Below, in pieces: positions 11,882-22,489 of a stretch of DNA of 64,000 nt. The stretch spans positions 165,972 through 229,971 of the forward strand of contig JAXGIS010000002.1 in the NCBI GenBank assembly GCA_040770645.1. The letters are read 5' to 3'. The notes beneath the pieces were generated by a model. It was not told the origin of the DNA and did not search any database. It saw only the letters and a list, made by a program, of their open reading frames with translations. Position numbers and translations under genes: made by a program. Source of the stretch: Thermoleophilia bacterium (GTDB lineage Bacteria; Actinomycetota; Thermoleophilia; RBG-16-64-13). Within the stretch, counting starts at the first letter, position 1. Every line of letters starts with the position of its first letter.

Positions 11882-12343
11882 CTAGGACTCATGAGCCCCG
11901 TCCCGCTTGGCGTCTCTCCTGGCCTTCCGTTGCTGATACTTCTCCGTCTCTTCGGCCAGGGTTGCCGGATTCCATATCTCCAGTCGATTCCGGTTGCCCA
12001 GGATCATCACTTTGCCCACCAGATCAAGGCCTTCAGAGATCCCGGCCTGCAGAACCGACACCCTACCCTGTTTATCGGGAACACAGCTGCTCATACGCGA
12101 GAAGATGAAGCGCGAATCCCAGTCGTCCTCGAAGTCGTCGTAGGTATTGAGCGGATCGATGTATCTCTCCTCGTACTCTCTCCAGTCGTCCTCGTTGAAC
12201 ACCATGACGCAGTGCGGCTGAACGGGGAGACGGGCAAGAACTGCCCCTGAGGCGAAGTGCTCACGGAAATCAGCAGGGAGCGTGACGCGTCCCTTGCTGT
12301 CAACCGAGTGTTCATACGTGCCAAAAAGACGGGTTCGTTGCAT
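11882..12343 (-). CDS. mraZ: Transcriptional regulator MraZ
   Basis: FGTYEHSVDSKGRVTLPADFR and DKQGRV; first gene of dcw cluster. Confidence 0.95.
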   Translation of the reverse strand: MQRTRLFGTYEHSVDSKGRVTLPADFREHFASGAVLARLPVQPHCVMVFNEDDWREYEERYIDPLNTYDDFEDDWDSRFIFSRMSSCVPDKQGRVSVLQAGISEGLDLVGKVMILGNRNRLEIWNPATLAEETEKYQQRKARRDAKRDGAHES

Positions 12344-12352
12344 GGTGTCTCC

Positions 12353-12426
12353 ACAATAGGCCGAAATCCGTCCATAGTCAACCACTTCATCCCATTATTT
12401 GCCATGATATCCCACTTTTCCCCCCA
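12353..12426 (-). promoter_or_regulatory. mraZ/dcw promoter with MraZ-box array
   Basis: Minus strand TTGACT(12381-12376)-17 nt-TATTGT(12358-12353); TGG motifs at 10-nt period (aagTGGG atatcaTGGC aaataaTGGG atgaagTGGT tgactaTGGA) like known MraZ-binding repeats. Confidence 0.75.
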
Positions 12427-12673
12427 AAGACGGATTTCACGCGTCAATCGATGCCCACACCTGCAGCGTCGGTCTTTGCGCACGCTGCTCTGCATTACTT
12501 GATTTTTGCATTGCTTCATGCAGATACGAGCCGTCAGGCCCCTTTGGAGCCCAACCATGAACCGCCAACTGGGCCCCGAACTGGGTGAACTCTGTCATGT
12601 TTGGTACGCATGAATGATTGCAGGAATAAGTCACACGCACGCAAACATGCACGAATCCGGCGTGTGCTTGATC

Positions 12674-12699
12674 GGCATCACGGGCGTGGCCGTGATGCC
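12674..12699. terminator. Hairpin downstream of pcrA, probable terminator
   Basis: GGCATCACGG-gcgtgg-CCGTGATGCC perfect 10-bp stem about 28 nt after pcrA stop; no strong U tract. Confidence 0.55.
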
Positions 12700-12726
12700 C
12701 GTGGAACGTCTACAAGCGTGTAAGGT

Positions 12727-15133
12727 CTACAAGCGGCGCATCGGAGCGTAGTCGACCTTGAGGCTCTTCTGCTCACCGAGCGAGCTGAAGAACACTCTGA
12801 CTACGCCCCCCGGCTCTACGCCCAGGACCATGCCCTCTCCGAACTTGGCGTGCGTTACGCGATCCCCGACCGAGAATACGGGGACATCCGAGTCGGACTC
12901 AGCAGAAGCCCGGCCGCCGCCCACCCCGCCTGAGGCGTTTTCTCGGCTGCGACGTGCAGCTGCGTACCGGTCCGTTCCTTCCAACGAACGGTGGCCGGCA
13001 GTCCCCCGCGACGAGGCACCCGCCCCTAACGAAACGCCGGCCCCACCGGGGCGGAAGCGACGCCCGTAGAACCCTCCCCAAGTCGCCGTGTCGCTTCCGC
13101 GCGGCGAGCGGCCGGTAGTCGAGAAGATCGACCGGGATCTCCTCCAGAAAACGACTTGGAAGATTGTAGCCACCGGATCCGTAGAGCGATCGGCTCTCGG
13201 CGTAAGACAAGTAGAGACGCTCTTCTGCCCGCGTGATCCCCACGTAACAGAGTCGTCTCTCTTCCTCCAATTCCTGCTCGTCGAGCGAACGCGAGTGCGG
13301 GAACACCCTCCTCCATACCCACGATGAACACCACGCGATACTCCAAGCCCTTGGCGTTGTGCAGCGTCATGAGCGTGAGTTGATCTGTGCCGGCGCGCAG
13401 AGCGTCCACATCGGCATAGAGGCTTATCTCCTGCAGGAATTCGGCGAGCGTTCCCTCGGGATTGTTTCGATCGTATTCGCGGGCCACTCCCACGAACTCC
13501 TGCAGGTTCTCCAGTCTTCCTTCCGCTTCCAGTGTGCGCTCATTTTGAAGAGACCCCACCAACCCGCTTTCCTGCAACACGGTCTCCACCTGTTCAGCCA
13601 CCAGCACGGAACCATCCTCCGCACGCGTCTGCCAGCGGGCGAGGTGTTCGGCCAGCCCCTCCATGGCCCGGCACGCCGCCGGAGCCAGGTCCGCGATGCT
13701 GTCTGCAGTGCAAAGGGCCTCAGCCATGGGGATACCCAGTGCCGCGGCGTGCAGTTGCAGCCTCCCCTCCGCCACGGCCCCCAGGCCGCGTTTGGGGGTG
13801 TTGAGCGCCCGGCGGAAGGAGAGATCGTCGGACGGGTTCGTTATGCAACGCAGGTAGGCGAGTATGTCTTTGATCTCCGCCCGTTCATAGAACTTGGTAC
13901 CCCCCACCACCTGGTAGGGGATGCCGTAGCGCACAAGCATATCTTCCAGAACGCGGGACTGGGCGTTCACCCGATAGAAGACCGCCTGCTCGGAGAGACG
14001 CACCCCCTGCCCCAACAGACGCTCCACCTCCCCTGCCACGCGACGAGCCTCTTCATGCTCGTCCCGGCATTCCAGAAGAGCGACCTTCTCTCCCACCCCT
14101 TTGTCGCTCCACAGGTGTTTCGGCTTGCGCCCCCTATTGTGAGATACGACGGCGTGCGCCGCTTCCAGGATGGTGGTGGTGGAACGGTAGTTCTGCTCGA
14201 GTTTGACGACGGTGGCGTCGGGGAAATCACGCTCGAACTCGAGGATGTTGCGGATATCGGCTCCACGCCACGAGTAGACCGACTGATCGTCATCGCCCAC
14301 CACCGTAATCTGTTCGTGCTCGCCGGCCAGAAGATGCACCAGCACATACTGAGCGTGGTTGGTGTCCTGGTACTCGTCTACGAGAACGTGACGAAACGCG
14401 CGGCGGTAGTGCTCCAAGCGATGAGGGAAGCTTTGGAACAGGTCAACGGTGCGCATGATGAGATCATCGAAATCGAGGGCGTTGGCCTCAAACAAGCGCT
14501 GTTGGTAGAGACGATAGACAACGGCCGCCACGTCGGACATGCCGCCGAACGACTTACGGCTGCCGGCGGGCGCAGATCCGCCCCAGGCGTCACTGCCACC
14601 TGCCTCGATTACCGCCGCCGAACCCGTGGAAATCGCGTACTCGTCAGGGCCGAGCAGACGGTTCTTGGCATCGCTGATGCGTGCGTGCACACCCTGTGGC
14701 GGGAACCGTTTGGGATCATAACTCAAGTCCTCCAGGCAGTGTTTCACCAGCCGTACCTGGTCCTGTTGATCGTAGATGGAGAAGGCGGGGCGATAGCCGA
14801 GCAGTTCGCCCTCACGACGCAGTATGCGCGCACAGGCCGAGTGAAACGTTGAGACCCACATGGTCCGTGCGATCGGACCCACCAGGTCCGCCACCCGTTG
14901 CTTCATCTCCCCCGCAGCCTTGTTGGTGAAGGTGATGGCCAGAAGCTCGTGCGGCTGGACCACACCGGCGCGGATGAGGTAGGCAATACGATAGGTCAAA
15001 ACGCGTGTCTTGCCCGAACCGGCGCCGGCCAGAACCAAGAGCGGCCCTCCTCGTGGAACACCGCCGCCACCTGGGCGCTGTTCTGCCCGGCTCGCAGATC
15101 GGAGAGCGTGGGATCACTTCGAGGAGACACCAC
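12727..15133 (-). CDS. pcrA: ATP-dependent DNA helicase PcrA/UvrD (indels near 15045, 13305, 13100)
   Basis: [72 protein letters not shown]-terminal [13 protein letters not shown] Tudor-like domain. Confidence 0.95.
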
Positions 15134-15134
15134 G

Positions 15135-15893
15135 CTATGTTAGCTGAGGAAGCTCCGAGCCGCACACCGGGCAGGACGGATCTCTGTCCACCTTCACAGA
15201 GCAGAAGGTCATGTCCCACAGATCTAGAGTGAGAAGATCCCGGTTGCACGTACCCGAATCGATGAGAAGCTTGAACACCTCCGTGCTCTGCAGGCTGGCA
15301 ACCACAGCCACGGCTGTGTTGATGACGGCGGGCGCAGTATCGGCCGCCGCCGCATCCGCGGGCGGCGGCTCAGGGAAGATGCAACGCAGGCACGGCCCCT
15401 CCCCCGGCAGGATGGTCATGGTCATACCCGACGAACCCCCCACCCCACCGTAAACCCAAGGTAGACCCGCACCCACTGCGGCCGCGTTCAGCAGGAAGCG
15501 CGTAGCGAAGTTGTCGGTGCCGTCCACTATCACGTCAAGACCATCGAGGAACTCCTCCACGTTCTCGTGGCTGAGTCTGCCTACACGCGAGTCGATGCTC
15601 ACCGAGCTGTTGGCCTCCCGGAGCCGCTCGGCCGCTACCTCGGCCTTGAAGCGACCGGCAACCACATCTTCTTCCGTATACAGCACCTGACGGGGTAGGT
15701 TACTGAGCGACACCCGATCGTAGTCCATGATCCGCAAGAAGCCCACACCGGCTCGTACCAGTTGCACGGCGATGGTGGACCCAAGTCCGCCGCACCCCCC
15801 TAGGCCTACGCGCCCCCGGCCCACCGCAGCCTGGCCCGTCTCCCCCCACAGTCCGAACTGCAGCTGCCGGAGATAGCGATCGCCGCCCATCAC
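15135..15893 (-). CDS. HesA/MoeB/ThiF family adenylyltransferase
   Basis: DRYLRQ, GCGGLGS, DYDRVSLSNLPRQ, DGTDNF, CLRC and CPVC zinc pairs. Confidence 0.9.
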   Translation of the reverse strand: MMGGDRYLRQLQFGLWGETGQAAVGRGRVGLGGCGGLGSTIAVQLVRAGVGFLRIMDYDRVSLSNLPRQVLYTEEDVVAGRFKAEVAAERLREANSSVSIDSRVGRLSHENVEEFLDGLDVIVDGTDNFATRFLLNAAAVGAGLPWVYGGVGGSSGMTMTILPGEGPCLRCIFPEPPPADAAAADTAPAVINTAVAVVASLQSTEVFKLLIDSGTCNRDLLTLDLWDMTFCSVKVDRDPSCPVCGSELPQLT

Positions 15894-15900
15894 TCTGCCT

Positions 15901-17009
15901 TCACTCTCCGCGGCTGGGCAGCGACGCAGCCGCCAGATCCTTGCCGATTATCACCACTATTCTGCCTGCCGGCAGATCCTTCTGCTCCACAACCTTACCC
16001 ACCTTCAACAGCGTTCGCACGCGCTCAGCCTGGGCCACGGCGTCGGGCGCCGCCAGGATTTGCGTGGAGGCGACGTCCGGGAACTGCTCGGCGTTCTTCG
16101 GCTCGAGCATGGTGAGACCCAGTATGGATATCACCTCCGTTGCCGCTTCGGCCACTCCTATCTCCCCGGAGCCGTTCTGGACTTCCACGCTCTCGCGAGA
16201 GTCGCGTGCCCTGCCCAGGAGTGACGCAATTCTCTCCAGATCAGGCTCGAAGTACGATACGCCGCCCCTGGTGGCGTCCTTTCCCGGAACCACCGCTTGG
16301 ACCTCCGGCGGAGAGGGCAGCTCCCGCAGAGCCTCGCGGGCCGTCTCCGCCCCAGTGCCGTTCAACTCGAGATCACCCAGTGCCGCTTGGCCTTTCGCCG
16401 TCTTGGCCGCGGCGGCTACGGCCCCCGCGGCGGTCAGCACCGAGGTTGCCGAACCAGTGGCCACCAGCGCCGGCGGCAGAGAGCCGCCCTGTCCCACAGC
16501 CACCGCGGCATTGCGAAGCCCCGCCCACTGCAACTCTGCCACGGTGCCCGCGTCCACCCCGAGCAGCGAACCAATAGACTCGCGCAAAGCTGCCGCACCC
16601 GAGTCGCCGCCAACTCGCTCACGGTGTTGAATCCACTTCCCGTCTTCACAAGAGTGTCGCCCGGGAGGGCCACGAGAATAGTCGGCGGACCTACAGGATC
16701 TATGCACAGCAGTGCAACAGTCGTGGCATCCTGCATGACGGCCAGCAGCACCGCCGGCCCCTCTCCGGCGGCCTGGGTCACCGAAGTAGGCGCGGACCCG
16801 GGATGTGAGGCGCCACCGGGTGTGCGCCCCAGCAACTGGACAACCGCAAATGCCAACCCACCCACGATCACGAGGGCTGAGAATACGAGGAGCATACGCT
16901 TAACGGTCTTCTGGCGGCGGCGACGGAGCGCCGCGCTGCGGCGGGCACGGTAGCCCGTGCCCGCCGCAGCGCGGCTGTGGCCTGACACCCCTCTATTCCC
17001 CGCGTCCAC
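15901..17009 (-). CDS. Membrane-anchored LCP-like / LytR C-terminal domain protein (indel near 16650)
   Basis: Basic N-terminus + TM, LVALPGDTLV, C-terminal VEVQNGSGEIGVA...IVVIIGKD typical of LytR_C. Confidence 0.7.
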
Positions 17010-17033
17010 CCAGCCTCTCTGTATCCTCGACTT

Positions 17034-17678
17034 CTATCCGCCAACAGGGGTCAAGTACAGACCCCACTTGTCCACGAACTCCGCCACGCATTCCGGCACC
17101 AGGTAGCGTATGGGTTCACCCGCCCTCCTACGCTCCCGAATCATGCTCGACGACACGGCGAGTCCCGGGATCTCCATAGCCGAAATCCGATCTCCCCCCT
17201 CCAGGCTCTGCGCAATCTGCGAGAGGCCGGCGAGATCATGCCCCGGACGCGAGGCCGCAATGAGTGAAGCAAGACTCAAGAGCCGCTCCGGTTCTTTCCA
17301 CGTCAAAATCTCCAGAACCGCGTCCGCCCCGGTGATGAAGAACAGTTCCGTGGCCGGGGGCATGAAGTCACGGAGATACGACATAGTGTCAACGGTGTAA
17401 TGGGTGCCTCCGCGCTCGAGTTCGAGTCGCGATACCCAGAGGCGCTCGTGAGATGCTGTGGCCATATGAGCCATGAGGTACCTCAGCTCTCCGGCCGTCA
17501 ATATCTCCCGCTTGTGTGGCGGCGTGCCGGTGGGCATGAGGACCACGTGGTCGAGGTGGAATTGATGCAGTGCCTCTTGGGCCACAACCAAATGCCCCAT
17601 GTGCACCGGGTCGAAACTACCGCCCAGTACTCCAAGGCGCCCGCATCCGCGACCCTTCAACAGTTGCAGGGCGTCCAC
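17034..17678 (-). CDS. nadD: Nicotinate-nucleotide adenylyltransferase
   Basis: GGSFDPVHMGH, PPHK, YTVDT, FITGADA, SSSMIRER. Confidence 0.97.
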   Translation of the reverse strand: MDALQLLKGRGCGRLGVLGGSFDPVHMGHLVVAQEALHQFHLDHVVLMPTGTPPHKREILTAGELRYLMAHMATASHERLWVSRLELERGGTHYTVDTMSYLRDFMPPATELFFITGADAVLEILTWKEPERLLSLASLIAASRPGHDLAGLSQIAQSLEGGDRISAMEIPGLAVSSSMIRERRRAGEPIRYLVPECVAEFVDKWGLYLTPVGG

Positions 17679-17729
17679 GGCGCTTACGGATGAACCCCGA
17701 ATCCGGAGAGATACATGAGGCTCACGTCA

Positions 17730-18983
17730 TCAGCGCACGTGGCCGTTGCCGGTGACCACATACTTGATGGTAGTCATCTCGCGAAGCGTGAGTGGACCGC
17801 GAGCATGGAGCTTCTGCGTGGACACCCCCAGCTCGGAGCCAAGTCCAAAAGAAACCCCTTCGGTCAGACGGGTGGAAGCGTTGACGTAGACTGCTGCCGC
17901 ATCTACCTCGTTGGCGAAACGACGTGCGGCCTCCAAATCACGGGTGACAATGGCCTCCGAGTGCCCACTGCCGAAGCGCCCGATGTGCTCAATGGCCTCG
18001 GCCAGGCTGCTGACCACCCTCACCGTTAACTCCAGGCCGAGGAATTCGGCCGCGTAGTGCTCCTCGCTCGCCGGCGCCAGCATCTGGCCCACCTCGCCCA
18101 TGAGGCTTCTGGTTCGTTCACATGCATAGATGGTTACTTTGCGATCTTGCATGTCCGAGATGACCCGAGGCAGGAAGGCCTCCGCCACAGCCTCATGAAC
18201 CAGCAACGTCTCCACAGAGTTGCACACACCGGGTCGTTGCAGCTTGGCGTTCAGCGCGATGGCCAACGCCTGGGTAAGATCCGCAGCCCGATCGACATAT
18301 ACGTGACAGTTTCCCGCGGAAGCCAACAGAACAGGTACGCGACTGTTCTCCAAGACGAAGTTGCGCAGTCCCACCCCGCCACGAGCCACGGCCAGATCCA
18401 CCAATCCCGTCAACCGCAGCAGTTCCAGAAGCGCATCCCGCTCTTTGGTGGGGACGAACTGAATGCAGCCGCCGGGGAGCCCGGCTTCCAACACGGCACC
18501 CGTGATGACCTCGGCCAGAATGCGATTGGTGGCGAAAGCGTGGGATCCACCCCGCAGAATCACGGAGTCGCCCGCCTTGAGACATACTGCCGCCGCATCC
18601 ACAGTGACGTTGGGTCGGGATTCATAGATGACCGCCACCACGCCGAAGGGAACGCGTCGAACTTCTATCGCCAGCCCCAGTGACGTTCGCCAACCCTCAA
18701 TCACCTCTCCAACGGGATCAGGCATTCCCGCCAGCACCTTGAGGCTCTGGATGATCTCCTCCACACGATGCTCATCAAGCAGAAGCCGGTCCAGCTGAGA
18801 CGCAGACAGACCCTTCTTGCGGGCGGCGGTGACGTCGGCTGCGTTCTCCTGCAGCACCTCACCCATGCGGCGCTCGAGCGCCTCCGCCATGAGCGCGAGG
18901 GCTTGGTTCTTTTCTGTGGTGAGTGCGGAAGCCAGGCGTCGCGAAGCAAGCCGTGCGTCCTGTGCCAGGGTACGAATATCCAC
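17730..18983 (-). CDS. proA: Gamma-glutamyl phosphate reductase
   Basis: VPFGVVAVIYESRPNVT, GNCHVYVD, RPGVCNSVET, GSGHSEAI, STQKLHARGP. Confidence 0.97.
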   Translation of the reverse strand: MDIRTLAQDARLASRRLASALTTEKNQALALMAEALERRMGEVLQENAADVTAARKKGLSASQLDRLLLDEHRVEEIIQSLKVLAGMPDPVGEVIEGWRTSLGLAIEVRRVPFGVVAVIYESRPNVTVDAAAVCLKAGDSVILRGGSHAFATNRILAEVITGAVLEAGLPGGCIQFVPTKERDALLELLRLTGLVDLAVARGGVGLRNFVLENSRVPVLLASAGNCHVYVDRAADLTQALAIALNAKLQRPGVCNSVETLLVHEAVAEAFLPRVISDMQDRKVTIYACERTRSLMGEVGQMLAPASEEHYAAEFLGLELTVRVVSSLAEAIEHIGRFGSGHSEAIVTRDLEAARRFANEVDAAAVYVNASTRLTEGVSFGLGSELGVSTQKLHARGPLTLREMTTIKYVVTGNGHVR

Positions 18984-19068
18984 ACCGCCCTCCCCCAAAC
19001 TAGATCACACCACGGGCGCCGCACTGCCGGTGGGGTTAGCGCGGCTTTCCCACTTAGCGCCATCCATG

Positions 19069-20157
19069 TTACTCCACCAACACCAGGTAGTCCCTGTGGA
19101 TGGCGTCGGGCGAAGTGTGAGGCAGAACCTCGGCTGCTTCCTGACTCCGCAAGCCCTTGACGGCTTCTAGTTCCTCGCTGGAGTAGTCCACGATACCCCG
19201 GGCCAACTCCCGCCCCTCCTGATCGCACACGGATACGGCATCCCCGGCGCTGAACGAGCCTTCCACACCCGTGATCCCCACGGGCAGCAACGATGCGTTG
19301 CAGCACACGGCCCGTGCCGCGCCCTCATCCACATACACGCGGCCGCTTACCGGCTTGCCGTGCAGCAGCCACAGTTTGAATGCTCCCAACCCCTGATCTC
19401 TGGAGAAAAACCGGGTGCCCACGTCTTCACCGCCGACGCAGGCAGTAATCACCCCGGGTCGTGAGCCCCGGGCGATGGAGGTACGTACCCCCCCACTGGT
19501 GGCCACCTTGGCGGCCCTCACTTTGCTGGCCATGCCACCCCGACCGAGCGGGCCTCGAGAATCCGTCGATACGGATTCCAGCTCCGAGAAGTCGCGCACC
19601 TCTTTGATGAGAGCAGCACGAGGGTCATCCTGAGGGTTAGACGTATACAACCCTTCCGTATCAGTCAACAAGACCAACAGGTCAGCCTTGAGGAGCAGCG
19701 CCACCCGCGCCGCCAACATATCGTTGTCGCCGAAGCATAGTTCCTCGGTGGAGGTGGTGTCGTTCTCGTTGACAATGGGAACCACTTTCCATTCCAAGAG
19801 CTTGTGTAGGGTGTTTCTCGCATTCAAGTAGCTGGTACGTATGGCGAAGTCGCGCGCACTGAGGAGCACCTGCGCGGTCACAACCTCCTCGTGGCCGAAG
19901 AGCTCGCTGTAGGCGTGAAAGAGGCGCCCTTGACCCACCGCAGCCAGGGCCTGCAACTGTTCCACTTCCACCGGCTTGCTGGTAATGCCGAGTGGTCCCA
20001 TTCCGGACGATACGGCCCCCGAAGAGACCAGAACCACTCGATGCCCGCGACGATGCAGGTCACAGATCTCCGCCACCCGCCCCGCCATGGGGCCCAGACG
20101 GAACTTGCCGCGTTCATCGGTGAGAGTACTGGATCCGATTTTCACAACTACCGTCAT
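19069..20157 (-). CDS. proB: Glutamate 5-kinase
   Basis: VVKIGSSTL, VSSGAV, NENDT, FGDND, GGMASK, C-terminal PUA domain; alternative start 20184. Confidence 0.97.
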   Translation of the reverse strand: MTVVVKIGSSTLTDERGKFRLGPMAGRVAEICDLHRRGHRVVLVSSGAVSSGMGPLGITSKPVEVEQLQALAAVGQGRLFHAYSELFGHEEVVTAQVLLSARDFAIRTSYLNARNTLHKLLEWKVVPIVNENDTTSTEELCFGDNDMLAARVALLLKADLLVLLTDTEGLYTSNPQDDPRAALIKEVRDFSELESVSTDSRGPLGRGGMASKVRAAKVATSGGVRTSIARGSRPGVITACVGGEDVGTRFFSRDQGLGAFKLWLLHGKPVSGRVYVDEGAARAVCCNASLLPVGITGVEGSFSAGDAVSVCDQEGRELARGIVDYSSEELEAVKGLRSQEAAEVLPHTSPDAIHRDYLVLVE

Positions 20158-20186
20158 GGTGCTACGCCTACCCGCCACCTTCACTC

Positions 20187-21970
<1,784 letters not shown>

Positions 21971-21985
21971 GAGACGCTATCTCCT

Positions 21986-22282
21986 CTAACCTATCTGTTC
22001 CACGGAAAGGCGGGTGAGCGCACTGCGAAACCCCATCTTGCGCTTATATCCACGCTTGGGCTTGAACTTGAGCACCACCAACTTAGGACCCCTCAGGTGC
22101 TCCACCACTTTGGCTGTCACTCGGGAGGGTTCCCCACCAACTCGAAGCTCATCAGGGGACCCAACCAGGATGGCATTGAGCTCCACCGTGGAGCCTTCGG
22201 CGGCATCAAGGCGGTCCACAACCAATTCATGCCCCTCTTCAGCGCGATACTGCTTCCCGCCGACGTCGACGATGGCAAACAT
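21986..22282 (-). CDS. rplU: 50S ribosomal protein L21
   Basis: MFAIVDVGGKQY...KFKPKRGYKRKMGFR; SD GAGGAG upstream. Confidence 0.97.
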   Translation of the reverse strand: MFAIVDVGGKQYRAEEGHELVVDRLDAAEGSTVELNAILVGSPDELRVGGEPSRVTAKVVEHLRGPKLVVLKFKPKRGYKRKMGFRSALTRLSVEQIG

Positions 22283-22290
22283 CCTACATT

Positions 22291-22362
22291 CTCCTCGTTT
22301 CAAGGACGGGCACGCGGGTCATCCCCGCGGTGCTTTCATCTCTCGGACGAGGAAGTATAGCA
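22291..22362 (-). promoter_or_regulatory. rplU extended -10 promoter and structured leader
   Basis: TGcTATACT (22362-22354) followed by hairpin GCAcCGCGGG-gatga-CCCGCGTGC and the SD. Confidence 0.55.
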
Positions 22363-22489
22363 ACAGCGCGGAGACAAGGCTACCCAACTCGATGCCGGCC
22401 GAGCTACCGCCTCAAGACGCAACCCCAAAATACACAACCCCGAAGCAGCCCGGCCCCCACCGTGCAGACAACTACGGCGAAACCAGCCC

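Noticed and set aside
12703-12729. GGAAC-N17-GTCTA as a second ECF promoter
   Set aside because: Would fire antisense into pcrA, lacks the C of CGTC, and is explained by the local duplication
21971-21985. Absence of the prp protease gene between rplU and rpmA
   Set aside because: L27 starts directly MAHKK with no N-terminal extension, the normal state outside Firmicutes-like lineages
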